From a virus (lineage: Duplodnaviria > Heunggongvirae > Uroviricota > Caudoviricetes), in the IMG/VR virus record IMGVR_UViG_3300021255_000108, positions 1-64,000 of that record: 64,000 nucleotides of DNA. The stretch is one strand, 5' to 3'. Positions 17,230 to 27,197 of this stretch are shown in pieces. Position numbers and translations under genes: made by a program. The notes beneath the pieces are model-generated. The model had not been told where the DNA came from. It did no database searches and saw nothing but the letters and a program-made list of their open reading frames with translations. Numbering within the stretch: position 1 is the first letter of the stretch; every line of letters begins with the position of its first letter.

Positions 17230-17454
17230 ATGCAAAATAATACATTTTGGTATCATGGACGCATGTTTAATATCAAAGAAACAGAAAATAAAATGGTTGA
17301 ATATGAAGGCATGGTAAAAAATTTAGAAGAACAAATTAGAGAATTAGAAGATCAACTAAAAGAAAAAGATAATTTACTCGCTTATTATAAAGATCAATTA
17401 AAAGACGCAAATGATTTACTCACTTACTATATTGACAAAAGTAAAAATTTTTAG
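17230..17454 (+). CDS. coiled-coil protein (74 aa)
   Basis: heptad E/K/L pattern; RBS aaggag. Confidence 0.4.
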   Translation: MQNNTFWYHGRMFNIKETENKMVEYEGMVKNLEEQIRELEDQLKEKDNLLAYYKDQLKDANDLLTYYIDKSKNF

Positions 17455-17622
17455 TATAATATTTTGTGGAACAAAAATAAAAAGGAGAACACTTATGCCA
17501 ACAGAAGTTAAGATTATGATGCTTGAAAATCGTAAGAAACTTATTATGACAAGAGATCCTGCGGCTAATATTAATATTGCCAGTAAAATTGATAGAAAAC
17601 TAAGAAAGTTGAGAAATGAATA

Positions 17623-18135
17623 ATGGACGCATACCTTGCTGGAAGTATTTTTTATTTGGGAGATAAATTCCGCAATGAATACTTTTGTAAAAAATTGCGT
17701 GAAGCTTTTCCCGATCTAAATGTATATAACCCTCTTGAAAACACTGAGATAAATGATAAAACAAAATTTGCCGATAGTATGGCTATTGCGGATGGAGATA
17801 ATGCCCGATTAAACAAAGCTGATATCCTAATTGCTTGTATTGATGGTGATGTTCTTCCGTCTGGTACTTGCGCGGAAATTGGTAAATTCCACGAAAAAAT
17901 TGCCAGAGGAGAGCATAAATATCTTGTCGGCATTTGTACAGATACTCGTCAAATGTATTTGACGCATAGTGCTGATAAAAACTGGGCTGGTGCTGCTTCT
18001 CCTGGTGAATGTCAATATTGTTATGAAAATCTTTATGTAACCGGTCTTATTAAACAAGGTGGTATATTGGTAACAAATATTGATGAAGCTATAAAACACA
18101 TTAGAGTATGGATAAACGGAGATGAAACTAATTGA
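17623..18135 (+). CDS. nucleoside 2-deoxyribosyltransferase-like protein (170 aa)
   Basis: N-terminal MDAYLAGSIFY...; size and pattern consistent with the NDT/Rcl family. Confidence 0.45.
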   Translation: MDAYLAGSIFYLGDKFRNEYFCKKLREAFPDLNVYNPLENTEINDKTKFADSMAIADGDNARLNKADILIACIDGDVLPSGTCAEIGKFHEKIARGEHKYLVGICTDTRQMYLTHSADKNWAGAASPGECQYCYENLYVTGLIKQGGILVTNIDEAIKHIRVWINGDETN

Positions 18136-19403
18136 ACTATGGAATTAATGAAAAGCCAAGAAATTGGCGAGACGCAGTTGGATATACCGCCTAGTTTGTA
18201 TTCGCAGTTCTTACAGCAACTATCCTCATTGCTACAATCTGCGGGACGCCGGTTGCGGCCGGACTTGTGGCAGCAGGCATTTCAACTGTGTTCTTCCTAT
18301 TGCTTACCGGATTCAAAGCCCCCATCGTTATCTCCAATTCAGGAGCAACTGTTGCGGCAGTCGTGGGCGCAATCGCCCTTGCGGGTCCGGTGTATGAAAA
18401 TTATACTGGGGTGTTACTTGGCGGGTGCGTTATCGCATGTATCTACGGAATCGCTTCTTTCTTTATTAAAAAATTCGGAACAAGATGGCTGACTAAACTA
18501 ATTCCTCCAATAGTAAGCGGTACTACTATTATGGTAATTGGAGCCAATCTTGCTAATTTTATTCCAACTTACGCTCAAGTAGGAGGACAATATTCATTAT
18601 GGGGAATTTTAGTCGCCATAATTACTGCTATAACAGTAGCTTTATGCGCAAGATACGGCAAGGGCATCATCAAAACTTTACCATTCTTAATTGGCTTGCT
18701 TGTAGGATATGTCGCATCTTTCATTCTGACTTTGTGCGGAATCCCACTTGTAGATATTTCACAGCTCTCGTGGCACGGACTATTGGCATTTCCAGACTTC
18801 GCGTTTTTACATATAAACTTTTCCACATTTAATTGGTCCACTTTACCACAGATTGTGTTATCTTTTGGTTTAGTAAGCCTTGCCGCAATGACTGAGCATA
18901 TTGGAGATATGACAACCGCTAGTGCTGTTGTTGGAAAGGATTTATTGAGTGAGCCTGGTTTACATCGAACTTTACTTGGTGATGGCATTGGGAGCCTTAT
19001 CGGCTGCTTTATTGGCGCTCAACCGAATACTACATATTCTGAATACACCTCTACTATGGCTGTTTCAGGTGTTTACAGTAGCTGGTTTACTTTGTCCACT
19101 GCTATCTCTCTCATCGCATTGGGATTTCTACGACCTTTTAATCAATTTATTACAGCCCTTCCTAATTGTGTATTTGCTGGAGTATCTGTGTTTGCCTATG
19201 GTTTTATTGCTCTGGCAGGATTAAGGACTTTAATTAATAGCGCTATTGATTGGTCCAATATTAAAAATCAACTTATTTTTGCCGCGATGTTTACAACAGG
19301 AATTAGTGGCATAGCAATTCAATTTGGCGCATTTAATTTAAGCGGTATTGCTTTAACTATGGTCGTCGGTGTTATTTTAAATGTAATTATAAAAGAGCTG
19401 TAA
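18132..19403 (+). CDS. uraA: uracil permease (NCS2/NAT family, UraA-like) with an in-frame TAG at 18192-18194
   Basis: GLLVGYVASF and VGKDLLSEPGLHRTLLGDGIGSLIGCFIGAQPNTTYSEYTSTMAVSGVYSSW align with E. coli UraA; conserved TM1 (FVFAVLTATILIA vs UraA FAMFGATVLVP) lies upstream of the GTG 18267 track start and is separated only by TAG; start TTG 18132 overlaps the upstream TGA. Confidence 0.6.
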
Positions 19404-19417
19404 AAAGCTCTTTTTTG
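19392..19417 (+). terminator. rho-independent terminator (aaagagc-tgtaaaa-agctcttt, then T6)
   Basis: hairpin plus a T-run after the permease gene. Confidence 0.6.
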
Positions 19418-19472
19418 ATTTTTTTCTTTTTTTTTAATATAATATATATATAAAATAAAGGGAGAAAATCAA

Positions 19473-19757
19473 ATGAAATTGTGGTTTGAAAATAGTAATC
19501 GTGAAGAAAGATTAATCGCAGATTGCGCGACTTGGTCTGAGGTTGATGAAACCATTAATGATTTTATTAAAAACTGTAATGACCGAAAAATCGCTGAAGC
19601 GATAGATAAATATGGAGAAGATTTCAAATTAGAACAAATACAAAACAATTTGTTTACACGATACTATACAAGAGTATGGGAACAAGAAGATGGTCGAACA
19701 AGGATAGATGTAGGTTCTCATTACGAATTTTTCATTTGGGAGGGTAAATATGAATAG
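19473..19757 (+). CDS. hypothetical protein (94 aa)
   Basis: promoter motif 19434-19452 and RBS agggag upstream. Confidence 0.4.
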   Translation: MKLWFENSNREERLIADCATWSEVDETINDFIKNCNDRKIAEAIDKYGEDFKLEQIQNNLFTRYYTRVWEQEDGRTRIDVGSHYEFFIWEGKYE

Positions 19758-19835
19758 TGATATATTACCAGTTTTATTTATCATTATATACATACTTATT
19801 ATAAAAATTTGGTTAGATACATAAGGAGTATAAAT

Positions 19836-21224
19836 ATGGCATATACTGGTTTTGTTGTAAAAGTTGAGCATTTGCGCAAACATGCCAACGCAGATCGTCT
19901 TCAAATCGCAACTTTTTTTGGAAATGACACTATCGTAGGTTTGGATACTAAAATTGGCGATCTTGGTGTTTATTTTCCAGTAGATGGTCAGCTGTCTGAA
20001 TCTTTTTGCGCGGCAAATGACTTGGTACGTCGTAAAGATGAGAATGGCAAGCCAGCAGGTGGTTATTTAGATCCTGAAAAGCGCAATATTAAAGCCTTGA
20101 AATTGCGCGGTGAAAAGTCGGATGGTCTTTATTTGCCAATTACTTGTCTTGCTAATTTTTGTAAAATCTCTGATTTAAAAGTTGGAGACACTATTGATAC
20201 GCTAAATGGAGAATTAATTTGCCAAAAGTATATCCCACGGAGAAATCCCACTTCTAACTTTAATGGGCCAAAGGCTCCAAAAAAGCCTAAAGTTAATATT
20301 GCTCCTACTTTTTACGAGCACGTAGATACCGCACAATTGGCTTATAACCTTGCTGCGTTTAAAACTGGCGATGTTGTACAACTTACCTTAAAGATGCACG
20401 GAACCTCTGGGCGCACTGGTTATCTTCCTCTTGTTCATACTAAACAGACTTGGTTTGATAAACTGCTTCACCGTCCAGGAAAGGAATATAAAGAGTATGG
20501 TTATATCACTGGTACTCGTCGAGTAGTGCTTGATGGCACTCGCACTGGTGGTTTCTATGACTCTGATGATTTCCGTGAAGCAATGGCGGCTAAGTTTAAA
20601 GGAAAACTTCATAAAGGTGAAACTGTTTATTATGAAATTGTTGGCTTCCAGGGGCCGAATGGCGCACCTATTATGGCAGAAGTGTCTAACGCAAAAGTAA
20701 AGGATAAAGAGTTTGTTAAACAGTATGGCGAAACTACTACTTTTGCTTATGGTTGCGACCCCGCTGGCACTTATGAGATGCAAACTAATGAAGCAGGAGA
20801 TATGGTTATGCCTCCCTGCTGTGAGATATATGTCTATCGTATGACTATGGTAAATGAAGATGGTGATGTGGTAGAATATTCTCCAGCGCAAATTAAAGAG
20901 CGTTGCGAACAAATGGGTGTTAATACTGTTATGGAATTTGAGACTTTTATTATTCCGGATGCTGTGCGATTACCTGACACTGTTGGGTCTATACAAAGAG
21001 TAAATGCCGGTGAATATGTTCTTCGTAAAGTAGAACAGTATTTTGATGGCCCCGACCCTATTGGTGGTATTCATGTGCGCGAAGGTGTTGTTGCTCGTAT
21101 CCTAAATCGTTCCAACTTCGCAGTATACAAACATAAGAACTTCTCTTTTAAGGTGCTGGAAGGCATTGCGAAAGATGAAGCTACTGCCCCAGATATTGAA
21201 GAAGCACAGGAACTAATTAAATAA
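19836..21224 (+). CDS. RNA ligase (Rnl2-like nucleotidyltransferase) with an N-terminal tRNA-binding OB-fold (Myf/Trbp111-like) domain
   Basis: N-terminal VVKVEHLRKHANADRLQIATFFG...GVYFPVDGQL resembles CsaA/Trbp111 tRNA-binding domains; KMHGTSGR matches nucleotidyltransferase motif I (KxHG); ATG 19836 follows RBS aaggag. Confidence 0.5.
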   Translation: MAYTGFVVKVEHLRKHANADRLQIATFFGNDTIVGLDTKIGDLGVYFPVDGQLSESFCAANDLVRRKDENGKPAGGYLDPEKRNIKALKLRGEKSDGLYLPITCLANFCKISDLKVGDTIDTLNGELICQKYIPRRNPTSNFNGPKAPKKPKVNIAPTFYEHVDTAQLAYNLAAFKTGDVVQLTLKMHGTSGRTGYLPLVHTKQTWFDKLLHRPGKEYKEYGYITGTRRVVLDGTRTGGFYDSDDFREAMAAKFKGKLHKGETVYYEIVGFQGPNGAPIMAEVSNAKVKDKEFVKQYGETTTFAYGCDPAGTYEMQTNEAGDMVMPPCCEIYVYRMTMVNEDGDVVEYSPAQIKERCEQMGVNTVMEFETFIIPDAVRLPDTVGSIQRVNAGEYVLRKVEQYFDGPDPIGGIHVREGVVARILNRSNFAVYKHKNFSFKVLEGIAKDEATAPDIEEAQELIK

Positions 21225-21605
21225 AAAAGGAGTGAGCGATAATTAATACAGACGAAAGAATTGATAAGGCCACAGAAATTCTTGAGTATATTATGGAGAG
21301 CGACCCAAGAACATTTAGAAATCCAGATTGTGAAAATGCTTGGATTTTTGATAAAGTTCATACTGCTTTAATGATACTTAAATTTGGAAAAGAAGTATTT
21401 TAAGAGGTCCTAATGAATAAACACAAATTTTCTTACTATATATTTAGTATATTTACTATGTTAAATTTTTTCGCAGCAATTGATTCAGTAATTAAACCGA
21501 ATCATTATGTATGGATATTTAATGCTATTGCGTGTGCAATTTGTTTAATGGAAACAATTGAAGAATATGATGCCTATAATCGACATTTATATTGAAAGGT
21601 AAAGT

Positions 21606-21869
21606 ATGAATCGAGAACAACGTAGAGCATATGACAAAAAAGTAAAAAACGATAAACTTGCCGCAATCTGTCCAGTTTGTAAACATAAAGCAAGAATGTA
21701 TACAACCGCTCGTACCCCGACCGATATTGATTTAATGTGTGAACGTTGCGGTGCTGTTGTTTGCGCGAATACAGAAGCACATAAGTACATACCAGCTGGA
21801 ATTTATAGCAATCCAATATTATATAATCTATTGATTAAAGCCGGCATCGATAAAGAATCAAGTAATTGA
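21606..21869 (+). CDS. zinc-ribbon protein (87 aa)
   Basis: CPVCKHK...CERCG. Confidence 0.4.
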   Translation: MNREQRRAYDKKVKNDKLAAICPVCKHKARMYTTARTPTDIDLMCERCGAVVCANTEAHKYIPAGIYSNPILYNLLIKAGIDKESSN

Positions 21870-21884
21870 TTCTTTTATTTTTTT

Positions 21885-21894
21885 TTGATATAAT
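21885..21894 (+). promoter_or_regulatory. extended -10 promoter (tTGaTATAAT)
   Basis: consensus motif. Confidence 0.45.
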
Positions 21895-22062
21895 ATATAT
21901 ATCAAATGGGAGAAAAAGAAAAATGATTATTTTAATTGCGGTTTGTATTGTTTTAGCACTCGCGGTTTATGCGTGTTTAACTGTTGATCCAAGAACCATT
22001 GAAGATGATATAGATCAGATGGACTATATTAACAAATGGAAACGAGACCAGAGGTAATAAAA

Positions 22063-22911
22063 ATGCACGACACTTATTTTTTTACAGATATCCACGGTAG
22101 AAAAGATTTTTTTGACGCTATTATGTCTTATATAAAAAGGCAAGACCCGCAAGCAACGATTGTTTTTGGTGGTGATGCTTGCGACAGAGGCAATTATGGG
22201 TATGAAATTATGCGTGCCCTATTGAATAATCCACAAGTTGTTTATTTAAAAGGTAATCACGAAGATCTATTCGTAAAAGCCGCAAGAGAATGTTTAGAAT
22301 TTATGCGCTCAATGAATATAAAAATTGAGCATTTTGATGACGCTCATAATCTATTATATAGCATAGATAGTTATTCAAGAAACCCCATTACCTTACACCT
22401 TTATAATGGCGGGAATGATACTCTGGTTAAATGGTTGGTTGAAGGAAAAGCTGATCCAAATTTCATTGATGAAATTAATAAACTTCCTTTAACTTTTTCA
22501 TATGAACAATATGATTTTTGTCATGCTGGAAGTACTTATGAGAATTTTAGTAATGCCGCAAATGATGAGTACAATAATGAAACAGTGGATAAAGACGTAC
22601 AACGTGACATACTATGGGATAGAGAAAGTTTTAATATTCCGTGGAAAGAAAACAGATATGTCCTTCACGGTCATACGCCAATTATGTACCTTCCATTTAT
22701 AACAGAAGAAGCAGAAGAACTTTTTAAAAAGGTTCCTCAACCTGTACTTTATAATTCAAAAGTTGATATGGATACTGGTGCGGTATTTAGTAACCATTGT
22801 TTTCTTATGAACTGTACTACGAATCAATTAATTCATTTTTTCAAACAGGATAATGAAATACGAATAATTGAAAACGCATCTTTTTATAGTATTGAAATAG
22901 AGGAAAATTAA
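22063..22911 (+). CDS. PPP-family serine/threonine protein phosphatase (lambda-phosphatase-like)
   Basis: motifs FTDIHG (GDxHG-like), GGDACDRG (GDxxDRG) and KGNHED (GNHE); ATG 22063 follows a GAGG RBS. Confidence 0.6.
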   Translation: MHDTYFFTDIHGRKDFFDAIMSYIKRQDPQATIVFGGDACDRGNYGYEIMRALLNNPQVVYLKGNHEDLFVKAARECLEFMRSMNIKIEHFDDAHNLLYSIDSYSRNPITLHLYNGGNDTLVKWLVEGKADPNFIDEINKLPLTFSYEQYDFCHAGSTYENFSNAANDEYNNETVDKDVQRDILWDRESFNIPWKENRYVLHGHTPIMYLPFITEEAEELFKKVPQPVLYNSKVDMDTGAVFSNHCFLMNCTTNQLIHFFKQDNEIRIIENASFYSIEIEEN

Positions 22912-23403
22912 ATGTATACTTTATACATTATGTGCGGCCCGCCTGGTAGTGGAAAAACTACTTATGCCAAACGTTTCTTATCTCATTGTACATATATAAG
23001 CAGAGACAGTATTAGATTTAAATTGCTTGAAGAAGGACAAGGATATTTTGATAATGAAGATAAAGTATTCAAAGAATTTATTTCTTCTATTGGTCGCGCT
23101 TTATTGTTCAATCACGTAGTTGCTGACGCCACGCATTTAAATGTTTTTTCGCGCAATAAACTAATACACGGTTTGGAATACTATTATCGTAATCGACAAA
23201 TGGAACCGAATTTTTCTATTGTGTATGTGATAATGGATACTCCATTACATACATGTTTAGAAAGAAATAGCAAAAGACAAGGCAATGAATGTGTGCCGAC
23301 AGCAGCATTAAAAGATATGTTTAATAAATTTACTTGTCCCACATTGACAGAATCGTCTCGATGCGTAGCTCAACAAATTATTCGAGTTAAAGAGGAGGAA
23401 TAA
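22912..23403 (+). CDS. P-loop polynucleotide-kinase-like kinase (T4 Pnk kinase-domain-like)
   Basis: Walker A MCGPPGSGKTTYA and ISRDSIR, resembling T4 Pnk GCPGSGKSTWA...INRDDYR. Confidence 0.55.
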   Translation: MYTLYIMCGPPGSGKTTYAKRFLSHCTYISRDSIRFKLLEEGQGYFDNEDKVFKEFISSIGRALLFNHVVADATHLNVFSRNKLIHGLEYYYRNRQMEPNFSIVYVIMDTPLHTCLERNSKRQGNECVPTAALKDMFNKFTCPTLTESSRCVAQQIIRVKEEE

Positions 23404-23404
23404 T

Positions 23405-23995
23405 ATGTGCGACATTTGGCTAACAAGTGATACGCATTTTTATCACGATAAAGAATTTCTTTATGGACCAAGAGGTTTTCCGTCTGTTAAAGAAATGAAT
23501 GAAGCTATTATTGAGAATTGGAATAAAGTTGTTAAGCCAAATGATATAGTGTATCATCTCGGTGATGTTTTTATGGGAGATTATGACGCCAATCTTCTAA
23601 AAAAACTAAATGGTTCTATTTCTCTTATTCAGGGTAATCACGATACGGTTAATAAAATTGGCGCAATGTATTTGACTAATAAAATAATCGATGTAGCTGT
23701 AACGAGTACAATTCTTACAATTAGAAAATTTCATTTTTTCCTTTGTCATTATCCTGTATTAACCGCAAATTTTGATGATGATAATTTTAATCGACACGTA
23801 ATCAGTCTACACGGTCATACACATCAAAAGAAGAATTGGCTCTTCGTTGATAACCCATTTATTTATCACGTTGGAGTTGATTCTCATAATTACACACCTG
23901 TTAATATTGAAGAAATCATTGTTGATATTCGTAATACTTGGACAGAAATGGCTCATTTAAATATAACACCTCATGGAATTTACAACAATTATTAA
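23405..23995 (+). CDS. calcineurin-like metallophosphoesterase
   Basis: SDTHFYHD, GDVFMG and GNHD metal-binding motifs. Confidence 0.6.
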   Translation: MCDIWLTSDTHFYHDKEFLYGPRGFPSVKEMNEAIIENWNKVVKPNDIVYHLGDVFMGDYDANLLKKLNGSISLIQGNHDTVNKIGAMYLTNKIIDVAVTSTILTIRKFHFFLCHYPVLTANFDDDNFNRHVISLHGHTHQKKNWLFVDNPFIYHVGVDSHNYTPVNIEEIIVDIRNTWTEMAHLNITPHGIYNNY

Positions 23996-24006
23996 AGGAG
24001 AACGTA

Positions 24007-25458
24007 ATGTTTCAATTAATTATTTTTGGTATCGCATTAATTTTACTAGTTTTACTATTTGTATTTAGTTATGTTAAAGCGCCGCCTGATATGGCATATA
24101 TTATTTCTGGTGCTCACAAAAATCCTCGTATTTTGGTAGGAAAATCTGGCTTTAGAATACCTTTTTTAGAGAGACTTGATAAACTTTATTTGGGCGCATT
24201 TCAAATTGATGTAAAAACTACATCAGCAGTACCGACTGCGGAATTTATTAACGTTAAAATTGATTCAACAGTTTCTGTCCAAATTAGTCGTGACCCAGTA
24301 TTGATGCAATGCGCGGCTCGTAACTTTTTGAATGTTAAACGTGCCGACATTGCTAAACGCATTAACGATTTGCTTGAAGGTAATTTGCGTGAAATTACTG
24401 GTACTATGCGACTTACTGATATGGTAAGTGATCGTAAAACTTTTAGTGAAAGAGTACAAGAGAATGCGGTCCCCGATCTAGAACGCCTTGGTCTTGAACT
24501 GGTATCTTTTAACGTCCAGAACTTTAATGATGAAAATGGCGTTATTAACGATTTGGGTATCGATAATATTGAGCAAATCAAGAAGACTGCTGCTATTGCC
24601 AAATCTGATGCTCAAAGAGATATTGCTATTCAACAGGCTGCTAATCAGCGTGCGGCAAATGAGGCAAGAGTAAAAGCGGCTACACAAATCGCGGAACAGA
24701 ATACTGCTCTTGAAATCAAAAGTGCTGAATTAAAAACTCAAAGTGAAGTTAAGCGAGCAACAGCTGATATGGCCTATAATATTCAGCAAGCAGATCAAAA
24801 GAAAGAATTAGATGTCGCGCAAACAAATGCGCAAATTGCGCAAGCAGAGCGCGAAGTAGAATTAAGAAATCAGCAGATTGCTCTTAAAGAAAAAGAACTT
24901 GATGCTATTGTTCGTAAGCAGGCTGATGCGGATCTTTATGCTACAGAACGTGCGGCCGAAGCAGATTTAGCCAAACGGCAGCGTGAAGCCGAAGCGAAAG
25001 CGTATGAAGAAGTTCAGCGAGCCGAAGCCGCTAAAAAAGCAACTATTTTGGAAGCAGAAGCAAGAAAGGCTATGGCTGATGCTGAAAAATATGCTGTAGA
25101 ACAAGAAGCGGCTGGTATCGCCGCAAAATACGCAGCAGAAGCAGAAGGCATTAAAGCAAAAGGACTGGCAGAAGCTGAAGGTATTTACCGCAAGGCAGAT
25201 GCTCAGCGTAGAATGGGCGAAGCATCCGTTCTTGAAATGTATTACGCAATGCTTCCTAAAGCAATTGCGGCAGCAGCAGAGCCCCTTAGTAATGTGGATA
25301 AAATTGTTCTGTATGGAGAAGGCGCGCAAACAAAACTTATCTCCGATGTTATGAATACCTCAACACAAGTAATTGAAGCTATTAAGCAGGCTACGGGTAT
25401 AGACCCAACGCAAGTCATAGCAAGTTACCTTGGATCGAAAGCTGGAGCCGATAATTAA
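24007..25458 (+). CDS. SPFH/band-7 (flotillin-like) membrane protein with a long A/E/K-rich coiled-coil tail
   Basis: N-terminal TM helix, SPFH-like core, repetitive AEAEARKA-type C-terminus; ATG 24007 follows RBS aaggag. Confidence 0.55.
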   Translation: MFQLIIFGIALILLVLLFVFSYVKAPPDMAYIISGAHKNPRILVGKSGFRIPFLERLDKLYLGAFQIDVKTTSAVPTAEFINVKIDSTVSVQISRDPVLMQCAARNFLNVKRADIAKRINDLLEGNLREITGTMRLTDMVSDRKTFSERVQENAVPDLERLGLELVSFNVQNFNDENGVINDLGIDNIEQIKKTAAIAKSDAQRDIAIQQAANQRAANEARVKAATQIAEQNTALEIKSAELKTQSEVKRATADMAYNIQQADQKKELDVAQTNAQIAQAEREVELRNQQIALKEKELDAIVRKQADADLYATERAAEADLAKRQREAEAKAYEEVQRAEAAKKATILEAEARKAMADAEKYAVEQEAAGIAAKYAAEAEGIKAKGLAEAEGIYRKADAQRRMGEASVLEMYYAMLPKAIAAAAEPLSNVDKIVLYGEGAQTKLISDVMNTSTQVIEAIKQATGIDPTQVIASYLGSKAGADN

Positions 25459-25593
25459 TCGGCTCCTTTTAATTGACTCCGATAACGACCGAAGCTGGGC
25501 CAAAAACGCCCATAGCAATTTTTTTCTGCGAATACTTGACATATAATGAAAAATATTTTATAATAGAGTTATTCAAAGAAGGAGAATAATTAT

Positions 25594-26205
25594 ATGGATA
25601 ATTTTTGTATGAATTGCCTACATTACGAAAATGAAAGTTATCCATGCCAATGGGACTATCTTTTTGCTGATGAAGAAGAAAGTTTTAATTGTTGCGATTG
25701 GGTAAATAAAAATGATATTGAGAAGAACACACAATATAACAACCAAGAAATTAGGAGAACACACGATATGACTACCAGAAAAGAAACATATGAATATGAT
25801 AAAGACACCCATACTACTTATTGTACAAGAAAAATAAAGGGAAAAATTTATCGAGGACAAGCAAAATGTCATCCACAAGATTATGATTTTGAAAATCATA
25901 GAACTGGTGAATATTATGCCTTTATGCGCTCTGGTATTGAACAATTATGTTGTGACCGAGAAAGTATAAAATCTGAATTAAAAGCACTTAAACATCTTTA
26001 TGATATACTTGATCAAAATAAAGCAGTTAATAAAAAATCTATAGAATGTTATATGATTCGTAGACAAATAAAAATAAAAGAAAAAGAGCTTAAAGTTATT
26101 AGAGGAATAATTAGTGCTACAAAAACAAGCTTACGATCAACTATTGCTCAAAAGGATAGATTATATAATGCCATTAGAGAAAAACGAGCTGCCGATAATG
26201 CCTAA
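25594..26205 (+). CDS. hypothetical protein with an N-terminal Cys cluster (203 aa)
   Basis: FCMNCLHY...CQW...CCDW. Confidence 0.4.
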   Translation: MDNFCMNCLHYENESYPCQWDYLFADEEESFNCCDWVNKNDIEKNTQYNNQEIRRTHDMTTRKETYEYDKDTHTTYCTRKIKGKIYRGQAKCHPQDYDFENHRTGEYYAFMRSGIEQLCCDRESIKSELKALKHLYDILDQNKAVNKKSIECYMIRRQIKIKEKELKVIRGIISATKTSLRSTIAQKDRLYNAIREKRAADNA

Positions 26206-26587
26206 AGCGATTGGTATTACCGCGCAAGCTTTAACGCATATATTGTCTTCACAAACAAATACAATAGAAAATTTTAATACTTTATGTAAAAAATTAAATA
26301 TAGATCGTATGTATGTAAGTTTAACAGCACTTAAACCATTCATATCTAAACAAGTTGTTACGAATAGTGAAATTATTCCATTATTTGAAAAAGATAATTT
26401 AATCTTTGTTCGTGAAAATGAAATTACTAACGATGAAACTTTAATCCTTCGACAATATTTAGATAAAAAATTCCCTGACAATTGGGGGATGATTGTTTAT
26501 ACTGTTGATGAGTATATAAGTTTTCGACCATATTTAGGAGAGGAAGATCTATATAATTTAGGAGGAGACAACATTTATGTTGGATGA
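26168..26587 (+). CDS. hypothetical protein
   Basis: ORF from track; start uncertain and overlaps the upstream gene. Confidence 0.3.
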   Translation: MPLEKNELPIMPKAIGITAQALTHILSSQTNTIENFNTLCKKLNIDRMYVSLTALKPFISKQVVTNSEIIPLFEKDNLIFVRENEITNDETLILRQYLDKKFPDNWGMIVYTVDEYISFRPYLGEEDLYNLGGDNIYVG

Positions 26588-27197
26588 TTTAATCAAACTT
26601 TTGCCAAATGGCAGTCTTTCAGTAGAAGATTATCAATATTATGATAGCTTGTTAAATCATCGCACAATTTTATGGAATCAAGAGGTTGATGAATCAATAG
26701 TTGAAAGAGTAGTATTGCCGCTTTTACGCTTTGAACAAGATTCTAGCAATGATCCAATAACTTTAATTTTTTCTACAATAGGTGGTAGCGTAAGCGACAG
26801 CTTCATTCTATGTAACATTATTGATAATTATACTAAACCATTAAATATTATAGTTTTAGGCTATGCCGCAAGTATGGGAACAATTATATTGGCTGCTGGG
26901 GCGCATAATGACAATGTTGTGCGTAAGTGTTATCCATTTTCTTACGCTCTATTGCACGCAGGTTCAACATCTTTTAGCGGAGAAAGCTTAACGGTTGAAG
27001 ATACTTTACAATTTAATAAACGAGTAGATGAAAAAGTTAAAAAGTTTATTCTGTCTCACACATCAATATCAGAAGAAGAATATCGAGAGCACGAAAGAAA
27101 ACAATGGTTCTTAGATTCTAGCGATATGAAAAAATATGGTCTTATAGATGAAATAATTGGTGGAGATGATATAGACAGTGGAGTTTCTAACATTTGA
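26577..27197 (+). CDS. ClpP-family serine protease
   Basis: GYAASMGTIILAAGA matches the ClpP active-site Ser motif (G-x-AASMG). Confidence 0.55.
   Translation: MLDDLIKLLPNGSLSVEDYQYYDSLLNHRTILWNQEVDESIVERVVLPLLRFEQDSSNDPITLIFSTIGGSVSDSFILCNIIDNYTKPLNIIVLGYAASMGTIILAAGAHNDNVVRKCYPFSYALLHAGSTSFSGESLTVEDTLQFNKRVDEKVKKFILSHTSISEEEYREHERKQWFLDSSDMKKYGLIDEIIGGDDIDSGVSNI

Noticed and set aside
18139-18492. Track ORFs 18139..18492 and 18164..18397 upstream of and overlapping the permease
   Set aside because: They are alternative frames of the UraA-like gene. The permease frame (TTG 18132, read through TAG 18192) carries the homology; these frames encode non-hydrophobic, non-conserved peptides.
20388-21361. 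Track ORFs 20388..20912(-) and 21071..21361(-) antisense to the RNA ligase gene
   Set aside because: They are embedded antisense in a well-supported + strand gene, have no RBS, and have low-complexity composition.
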